Made by a program: the position numbers and the translations under genes. The notes below the pieces were generated by a model, which saw only the letters and a list, made by a program, of their open reading frames with translations, was not told the DNA's origin and made no database searches. A stretch of DNA of 64,000 nucleotides from a virus. Location of the stretch: the IMG/VR virus record IMGVR_UViG_3300046048_000257, positions 22,879 through 86,878 of that record. One strand, given 5' to 3'. Numbering within the stretch: position 1 is the stretch's first letter; each line of letters starts with the position of its first letter. Positions 57,878 to 64,000 of the stretch are shown here, in pieces.

Positions 57878-57968
57878 TGTACCGGGGGCTTAAGCCCCCA
57901 CATATGAGCCCATTTACTGGGCCCATATTTGTGGGCTTAAACTTAACTATTTAACTAAGGAGGTAAAT

Positions 57969-58352
57969 ATGGACCGTGAGCAAAGTATTTTTTTAGTGCC
58001 CTCTATGTATGCGGATATGCTGGATAGGTTTACAAAAGCAGCTATGGAGGCGGATGATTATGAGGAGCTGGGGGCAGCTGTGGAGGGGCTGTGTGAGGAT
58101 GTGGATAATTTAAAGGCCACCCTCAGTGTATGGGCGGGTGAGGTATATGACTTTGTGCATAACCCGCCTATGTACCCAAAACATGAAAACTGGCCCGGTG
58201 AGATTTTGCCAGACTTTCACGCCATGAGTGAGGAGGAGCGGCACCTGTGGCATTTTAGATGGCACAGGCGTATAATTACTGATTTAATGCCCTCTAAATA
58301 TACTCTGGCAGAGGCTATGGAGCGGGATGATTTTATACCAGATGACTGTTAA
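57969..58352 (+). CDS. Acidic hypothetical protein
   Basis: RBS after a repeat copy. Confidence 0.65.
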   Translation: MDREQSIFLVPSMYADMLDRFTKAAMEADDYEELGAAVEGLCEDVDNLKATLSVWAGEVYDFVHNPPMYPKHENWPGEILPDFHAMSEEERHLWHFRWHRRIITDLMPSKYTLAEAMERDDFIPDDC

Positions 58353-58444
58353 TAACCCGGAGGCTTTGAGCCTCCACATATGAGCCCAGTAAGTGGGCTC
58401 ATATTTGTGGGCTCAAAATTAACTATTTAACTAAGGAGGTAAAT

Positions 58445-59335
58445 ATGCCTAAAATCTGTTATGTAAGCTGGAGCCCGGCGCCGGATAGCATAGCCATGGT
58501 GGATACCGCTAATGAGATTATAACGGGGTATCTGGCCAAAGGCTTTGACCTAACCCTGCGCCAGTTGTATTACCAGTTTGTGGCCCGTGACCTGATACCT
58601 AATAACATTAAAAGCTATAACCGGCTTAAGGATGTTATGAACCGGGCCCGGCTGGCAGGACTGGTGGACTGGGAGGCCATTACGGACCGCACCCGCAATT
58701 TAGAGCAAAACAGCCACTGGACTAACCCCGGCAGCATTATCCGCAGTGCTGCGTATAGCTTTATGGTGGACCACTGGGCGGACCAGCCTAACCGGGTGGA
58801 GGTATGGATAGAAAAGGATGCCCTTAAGGGTGTAATAGCCGGTATCTGTGAGCGGCTGGATGTGCCTTACTTTTCATGCCGGGGATATACCAGCGTAAGT
58901 GAAATGTGGCGGGCTGGTAACCGGCTGATAGCTAACCGCAAGGCTGGCCAGACCTCATGGGTAATACACTTAGGTGACCATGACCCCTCCGGCATAGATA
59001 TGAGCCGGGATATTGAGGAGCGGCTGGAGCTGTTTACTGGGCACACTGTGCACCTTAACCGCATAGCACTTAACATGGACCAGATAGAGGAGCTGGACCT
59101 GCCCCCTAATCCGGCTAAGTTAAGTGATAGCCGGGCACAGGCTTACATAGCTAATTATGGCCGTGATAGCTGGGAGCTGGATGCACTGGACCCGCAGTAT
59201 ATGAGTGATATGATAGCAGCTGTGGTTAAAAAGCTGCGGGACCCGGACCTGTACGCAGCCACCCGTGAGCGTGAGGCCGCTATGAAAGCCAAGCTGGATG
59301 AGCTGGCGGAGGAGTATGGCCATGATAACTGGTAA
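58445..59335 (+). CDS. wHTH-TOPRIM protein (Topo VI-A/Spo11/JetD-related fold)
   Basis: TLRQLYYQ, EVWIEKDAL, RGYTS, GDHDPSG, RIALN, WELDAL. Confidence 0.8.
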   Translation: MPKICYVSWSPAPDSIAMVDTANEIITGYLAKGFDLTLRQLYYQFVARDLIPNNIKSYNRLKDVMNRARLAGLVDWEAITDRTRNLEQNSHWTNPGSIIRSAAYSFMVDHWADQPNRVEVWIEKDALKGVIAGICERLDVPYFSCRGYTSVSEMWRAGNRLIANRKAGQTSWVIHLGDHDPSGIDMSRDIEERLELFTGHTVHLNRIALNMDQIEELDLPPNPAKLSDSRAQAYIANYGRDSWELDALDPQYMSDMIAAVVKKLRDPDLYAATREREAAMKAKLDELAEEYGHDNW

Positions 59336-59473
59336 TATTTTTATGTGTGTGTATTTTATCGGTGGAGTGCTGGCTGGCCTGCTAATGCGGGCCACCAGCA
59401 GCTGGCCACGGATGTGTGGCTGGGTAATAATGATGAGCACACTTTTATGGATGAGTAAGGAGGTGATACGCTA

Positions 59474-59671
59474 ATGGCAAAATGTGGGACCTGTGGCCAT
59501 TACGATAAGCCACAAAAAATCCGTAACTATCCTAATACCGATAATGAGGCTGAGGGCTGGCGCACCTGTGCAGCGGGCTGCACTATTCGCAAAGATAGCA
59601 CGGCCTGCGTGCAGCACACTGATATACAAAGCGGACCTCCGCCAGACCAGAAACGGAGGCTCATAAAATGA
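59474..59671 (+). CDS. Small Cys-rich protein
   Basis: CGTCGH...C...C; AAGGAGGT RBS. Confidence 0.55.
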   Translation: MAKCGTCGHYDKPQKIRNYPNTDNEAEGWRTCAAGCTIRKDSTACVQHTDIQSGPPPDQKRRLIK

Positions 59672-60081
59672 CCGAAAAAATAGCAAGTGTGGAAAGCCCT
59701 GAGGAGGTAATAGAAACCGCCCTTTTAAACTTATGGCACCTGCGGCTGGTGGAGCAGCAGGCATGGCTTAAGGAGCTGCCTTACCGGGATGTGGAGCAGG
59801 AGGTAATAGTACGGGATGCACATGCACAGCTGAGTGAGCCCGCCCGTGATATTTTAGGGCTGGTGCTGCATTACCCGGATGAGGTGGCAGAGCTGCTTAA
59901 TAAACTGCCTGCACCTAATAGCTCATATGTACGCAAGGGCCAAAAGCAGCCATTTAACACTGGCCGGGTAGTGACTTTAACCCGGTACAGGTGGGGCATG
60001 AGCATACGTGAGGGCCAGCGGGTGGTGGATGAGTTAAGTGAGTTTATCCATACGCTGGCCCGCAGGCAGATTTTTTCATAA
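59668..60081 (+). CDS. Hypothetical protein
   Basis: ATGA overlap; GGAGG RBS. Confidence 0.6.
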   Translation: MTEKIASVESPEEVIETALLNLWHLRLVEQQAWLKELPYRDVEQEVIVRDAHAQLSEPARDILGLVLHYPDEVAELLNKLPAPNSSYVRKGQKQPFNTGRVVTLTRYRWGMSIREGQRVVDELSEFIHTLARRQIFS

Positions 60082-60096
60082 ACCTTTTAGGACTCA

Positions 60097-60105
60097 TGGT
60101 ATAAT
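60097..60105 (+). promoter_or_regulatory. Extended -10 promoter (near-leaderless) of the helicase gene
   Basis: TGGTATAAT ends 6 nt before ATG 60112; no RBS. Confidence 0.5.
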
Positions 60106-60111
60106 GGCACC

Positions 60112-61482
60112 ATGACTGATAAAATTGAAATTTTAGATAATGTGTATGCTAAGGCTGCTAAGCCGCTGTGGGACCATATAGGTGCCTGCCTGTATTATAA
60201 GCGCAAGTTTGTAAAACAAAAGCAGCATGGTACTGAGGTAAAGCAGGAGGATGCCAGTATGCTGGACCGGCGCAGTGGTAAGTTTTTAGCTGGGCTGCTG
60301 CCCCGTGTAATGCAATACCTCAGGAGCCAAGGTGTGGACTTTGAGCTGGCCGGGATGATGGAGCCGATGGCCCCCGCCCGGCCACCCACACTTAAGGGCA
60401 TTACCCTGCGCCCGGAGCAGCAGGAGCTGATACAGCAAGTAAACGCATACCAGCGGGGCGTGATAAAGGCGCCCACGGGCAGCGGTAAGACTATCATGGC
60501 GCTGGGCGCCATAAGCCAGTGGCCGGATGCCCGTGTGCTTATACTGGTGCACCGTAAGGAGCTGCTTACTCAATTTGCGGACCGGATAATGGCGCACATG
60601 GACCGGATACACATGCAGACTATCATGGAGGGCTGTACCAAGCGCATAGAGGCCCCCCTGATAGTGGCCATGGTGCAGACTCTGATAAAGCGGGACTGGC
60701 AGGAGCTGTATAACCGTTTTGACATATTAATAGTGGATGAGGTGCACCATGCTGTGGATGAGGATAGCCAGCTGGGCACACTGATAACCCAAAACATAAG
60801 CCCCATAAAAATAGGCTTTACGGCTACCCCTCCAGATATGGTGCATGACTTAAATAAGGCACTAACACTGGAGGGCATGATAGGCCCGGTGATAGGTGAC
60901 CTGAGTGTTAAAAAAGGGCAGGAGCTGGGCATAATAGCGCACCCATATGTTACCCTCATGGGTGTGCCCTATAACACCGATATAGCAGAGCTGCGTAAGT
61001 ACCGGGATATTTACGTGGCTGGGGTGGTGGAAAATACCGCCCGTAATGCTATCCTAACCAAAGCAGCCAAAGCACGTGCTATGGCCGGACTGAGCAGCCT
61101 TACCATAATTAAAGAGATAGACCACGGTAACCGGCTGGTGGCCATGGCGGAGCGCTTTGGGCTCACTTCTATTTTTATCCATGGCGGGACCTCCGCAGAC
61201 CAGCGGCAGGCTGTAAAGCAGGCGCTGGAAAATAAAACCCATTTAAACGTGATAGTAACTGACATATGGCGTGAGGGTGTGGATATACCCACGCTGGACT
61301 GTGTAATAATAGGCGCCGCCCCTAAAAGCCAGATTTATACTTTACAGGCCGTGGGCCGGGGTATGCGGACCGCTGAGGGTAAGGAGTGGGTGGAAATAGT
61401 GGATTTTTTGGACCCATATAAATATCTGGCCCGCCACTGCGTGGGCCGGTTAAATATGTATAAGGAGGGTGGGTGGCTCTAA
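60112..61482 (+). CDS. SF2 helicase (UvsW/RadD-like)
   Basis: LRPEQ, APTGSGKT, VDEVHH, GFTATP, EGVDIP, QAVGRGMR. Confidence 0.9.
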   Translation: MTDKIEILDNVYAKAAKPLWDHIGACLYYKRKFVKQKQHGTEVKQEDASMLDRRSGKFLAGLLPRVMQYLRSQGVDFELAGMMEPMAPARPPTLKGITLRPEQQELIQQVNAYQRGVIKAPTGSGKTIMALGAISQWPDARVLILVHRKELLTQFADRIMAHMDRIHMQTIMEGCTKRIEAPLIVAMVQTLIKRDWQELYNRFDILIVDEVHHAVDEDSQLGTLITQNISPIKIGFTATPPDMVHDLNKALTLEGMIGPVIGDLSVKKGQELGIIAHPYVTLMGVPYNTDIAELRKYRDIYVAGVVENTARNAILTKAAKARAMAGLSSLTIIKEIDHGNRLVAMAERFGLTSIFIHGGTSADQRQAVKQALENKTHLNVIVTDIWREGVDIPTLDCVIIGAAPKSQIYTLQAVGRGMRTAEGKEWVEIVDFLDPYKYLARHCVGRLNMYKEGGWL

Positions 61483-61499
61483 CAAAAAAGGAGGTAATT

Positions 61500-62891
61500 A
61501 TGTTTGATTATAAAATGTATGTGGAGCTGGGTAACACTATGCTGGATAAAATAAAGGAGGCCGGGGCTGCTATTACTGCGGCGGAGGCGGAAATGGCCGT
61601 GGTGGATACAGAGCTGGCTGAGGCCGTGACCAAAAAGGAGCAGGTGGATGCTTTGGTGAGGCAGATTAATGCTAAAAAAGCGGAGCTTAGGGCTTTGATA
61701 GCAGCGAAAAAGCAGGCGGAGCGTGAGGCGGAGGAGGAGTTTATACGCACTGTGCTCATACCAGCTAACCGGGCATTATCTAAAGAGGGTAACCCTAATA
61801 AAGGGGCAGATGGTAAGTTTACACCATCCGGCGCAGATAGTACAGGCGGTGCGCCGGATGGTGAAACATGGGCGGACTTTTGTAAGGATATAGGTAAGTA
61901 CAGGTATAATGCTGAATGGCAGGAGGGTGTGGTGCCTGTGGTGCTGGGCTCATATACGGATGATGATATGATAGGCCTATTTACTGGTGATAATTTTGAC
62001 CGCAGAGGTAGTGTAAGTGCCCTGCTGGAAACCATAGCAGTGAACCGAAAACGGATAATTGAGATTTTGCAAGAGTCTGAAACTATTGAATATTTTAACA
62101 CCCACTTCTCAGAAATTTCTGAGAAGTGCCAAAAGGCAGGGATTTTAAAAACACAAAAGGCGCTGGATACTGCCCGTGGTAAACGTGGAGGCATGCCTTT
62201 ATTACGTGTTTATTTAGGTAAAAATTTTGAGAAAATTTTAAGCTGGCATATAGATGAGGCACTGGCTGCCCTTAACGCCATAGAGGCCGGGCGCCTAAGT
62301 AAAAAGGCTTATCTTAAATTTGATGACTTAGCGCTGGCTAAGGCTTTCAGGCAAAAAATGACAAGTGGTAACGGTGATAAACCGCTGGTGGCACCCACCC
62401 GCCAGCCACGTGTGGCCAAAAAGATAGTAAAGCAGCGGACTAAAACAGCTGAAACACGGGCCAAAGTAGAGGCCCAGTATGATGAGGATGTGGAAAAAGC
62501 CAAGGCCGAAAAAAAGCCAGCGCCTAAAAAGCCTACCATGCTGGTAACTGGCCGGGTACCTGCCCGGACCACAGTGGATGAGGTGGTGGATGACTATGTG
62601 GATGAGGAGCAGGATGAGCCTGTGGAGCACCCGGAGGTAACTGTGGACCCGGTACTGGAGCTGCTGGCAGCTTTAGGTAAGCGCTTTGATAATGCAGAGC
62701 AGTATTTAACATATGCAGCAGATGAGTGCAGGGCGCTTACTAAATTTATAAAAAAAGAAAAACTGGATTTAATGGAGGCGGATGTGGTGAAAGTAAAGAA
62801 GTGGCACACGCTGTTAACGTCTTTAGATGAGGCAGTTAAAGGTGTGCTGGTGTATTTTGTGAAAGCTAAAAACACAAAACACTTAACTTAA
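61500..62891 (+). CDS. Coiled-coil hypothetical protein (replication region)
   Basis: AGGAGGT RBS; N-terminal coiled coil; TWADFC; internal 26-bp palindrome. Confidence 0.7.
   Translation: MFDYKMYVELGNTMLDKIKEAGAAITAAEAEMAVVDTELAEAVTKKEQVDALVRQINAKKAELRALIAAKKQAEREAEEEFIRTVLIPANRALSKEGNPNKGADGKFTPSGADSTGGAPDGETWADFCKDIGKYRYNAEWQEGVVPVVLGSYTDDDMIGLFTGDNFDRRGSVSALLETIAVNRKRIIEILQESETIEYFNTHFSEISEKCQKAGILKTQKALDTARGKRGGMPLLRVYLGKNFEKILSWHIDEALAALNAIEAGRLSKKAYLKFDDLALAKAFRQKMTSGNGDKPLVAPTRQPRVAKKIVKQRTKTAETRAKVEAQYDEDVEKAKAEKKPAPKKPTMLVTGRVPARTTVDEVVDDYVDEEQDEPVEHPEVTVDPVLELLAALGKRFDNAEQYLTYAADECRALTKFIKKEKLDLMEADVVKVKKWHTLLTSLDEAVKGVLVYFVKAKNTKHLT
62103..62128. repeat. Perfect 26-bp palindrome
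   Basis: CACTTCTCAGAAA|TTTCTGAGAAGTG. Confidence 0.95.
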
Positions 62892-62904
62892 TAAGGAGGC
62901 CAAT

Positions 62905-63693
62905 ATGCCTAACAAAAAAAGAGTTATTCACGTACAGCATGAAACTAAAACCAGAGTAATAACCACACTGGGCTCACGCAGAGTATTACAAAAACAATTT
63001 TACACGGGATATGTGGAAAAAGATAACCCATACCATATATGGCAGCTGCTGTATTTTATCCGTAAAACGTGGGGGCTCACTAACTGGCAGATAGATGATA
63101 TGAGCATAGATAAATTTTTAGACCGGCTGCGCCGGGCCCGTGCTCATATTGCTAAGGAGCTGGAAAACCAGCAGCGCCGTGAGGCCATAGTATGGTGGCA
63201 GGATTACAACCTCAGCAGAATAAAACTTGCACTTAATGATTTAGATAAAGTGTATGGTTATAAAACTGAGGGCACTAAAGGCCTAAGTACCATGTGGGCT
63301 TACACAGATATAGACAGTAAGCTGTATAATGAGAAAATGAGCACAGCCCACCAGAGTGAGGTAAAACGCCATATCAATACGGTGCACCGTAATAATAGGC
63401 CTATTTTAGAAATGGAAAACGTAACCAATTTAGAAAAACAGGAGGCAGCACATAGGATAAGCTGCGCTAATGGCTATAAGAGGCTGCTTAATGGTGAGGC
63501 TCAGCTGGTGGATGATGATAAGCTGCTATTTATAGCACGGGCAGCTGTGGATTATGAACGGGGTAACCTTAGTAAGGTTATGGAGGCAGCATATCCTGAG
63601 TTTAAGGATAAGGTAATGGCTGAGCTTAACGAAAAATATAAGCTGGAGCCAAAGGATGTGCTGCTGATAACTGGCCGTACATTAGTACAGTAA
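62905..63693 (+). CDS. Hypothetical protein
   Basis: AAGGAGG RBS; 262 aa. Confidence 0.7.
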   Translation: MPNKKRVIHVQHETKTRVITTLGSRRVLQKQFYTGYVEKDNPYHIWQLLYFIRKTWGLTNWQIDDMSIDKFLDRLRRARAHIAKELENQQRREAIVWWQDYNLSRIKLALNDLDKVYGYKTEGTKGLSTMWAYTDIDSKLYNEKMSTAHQSEVKRHINTVHRNNRPILEMENVTNLEKQEAAHRISCANGYKRLLNGEAQLVDDDKLLFIARAAVDYERGNLSKVMEAAYPEFKDKVMAELNEKYKLEPKDVLLITGRTLVQ

Positions 63694-63753
63694 CTATTTT
63701 TAACCGGGCCCGCCTATATGGTGGGCCCATGTATTTAAGGAGGCAGGCTGGCT

Positions 63754-63936
63754 ATGATGGTACCAAGGCGGACCCTAAAGGATTATATGTGGGTGTGGAT
63801 AGCCATGATTTTTGTAAGGATAGCATGGTGGCTGCCCGGCAGGCCTCACAGGTGGGCGTGCAGATTACAGCAGGAGCGGGCGGCCATGTTAACAGCTGAA
63901 AAAATAGCTAAAAGGAGGTATGAGGATGCCAATTAA
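63754..63936 (+). CDS. Small membrane protein
   Basis: Trp-rich hydrophobic segment. Confidence 0.5.
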   Translation: MMVPRRTLKDYMWVWIAMIFVRIAWWLPGRPHRWACRLQQERAAMLTAEKIAKRRYEDAN

Positions 63937-64000
63937 AAGAGCATTTTACGTGGAGGACTATGATGAGGTGCTGGCCAGTATGCCAGATAACTTTAAGCGG
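63926..64000 (+). CDS. Partial CDS running off the window
   Basis: ATG downstream of AGGAGG; MPIKRAFYVEDYDEVL... Confidence 0.4.
   Translation, partial: MPIKRAFYVEDYDEVLASMPDNFKR

Larger units (their letters stand above)
48585..58418 (+). repeat. Array of 11 intergenic ~58-nt hairpin elements
   Basis: Copies start at ~48585, 48982, 49486, 50172, 50842, 51359, 51641, 55291, 56759, 57884 and 58359; typical form GGGGCTTTGAGCCCCCACTTAAG-hairpin-CTTAATTGTGGGCTCAAAA (GGAGGC...GCCTCC variant in 5 copies), each followed by an AT-rich spacer, GGAGG and ATG. Confidence 0.92.

Noticed and set aside
48585-58418. Early-region repeats as a CRISPR array
   Set aside because: Units are ~58 nt, diverge with covariation, and are separated by whole genes (0.2-3.6 kb); no cas genes seen.
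1-64000. Genome-wide stop-codon reassignment
   Set aside because: TGA and TAG end many clear genes, often in ATGA overlaps, and coding density is high under code 11. Only 5976-5978 looks read through.
1-64000. Numerous minus-strand ORFs in the track
   Set aside because: They are antisense shadows of well-supported + strand genes, without RBS or recognisable motifs.
1-64000. tRNA/rRNA genes, integrase, IS elements
   Set aside because: None recognised by eye; tRNAscan-SE and HMM searches would be needed to exclude them.

Overview
The window is a 64-kb stretch of a tailed dsDNA phage (Caudoviricetes, probably with a long non-contractile tail). Essentially all real genes lie on the + strand. 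Order: terminase/head module (0.9-17 kb); tail module with a frameshifted chaperone, tape measure, tail tip and lectin-like adhesins (17-32.6 kb); a sugar-modification operon with three glycosyltransferases, SqdB, a methyltransferase and a sulfotransferase (32.7-38 kb); more virion proteins plus membrane/lysis genes (39-48 kb); a control region with a consensus sigma-54 promoter; an early region of short genes separated by 11 copies of a covarying hairpin element (48.5-58.4 kb); and helicase/replication genes. Standout observations: (1) 11 virion-type proteins carry mucin-like poly-Thr/Ser tags, alongside phage-encoded enzymes able to build sulfonated/sulfated, methylated glycans, suggesting a tag-directed virion O-glycosylation system. 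(2) A small gene has an in-frame TGA followed by a SECIS-like hairpin, making it a candidate phage selenoprotein. (3) The early region has sigma-54/IHF/enhancer architecture. (4) The early region carries a structured RNA-like repeat array. Several cues point to a Desulfobacterota-type host (inference). All product calls come from motif recognition by eye; no database search was run.
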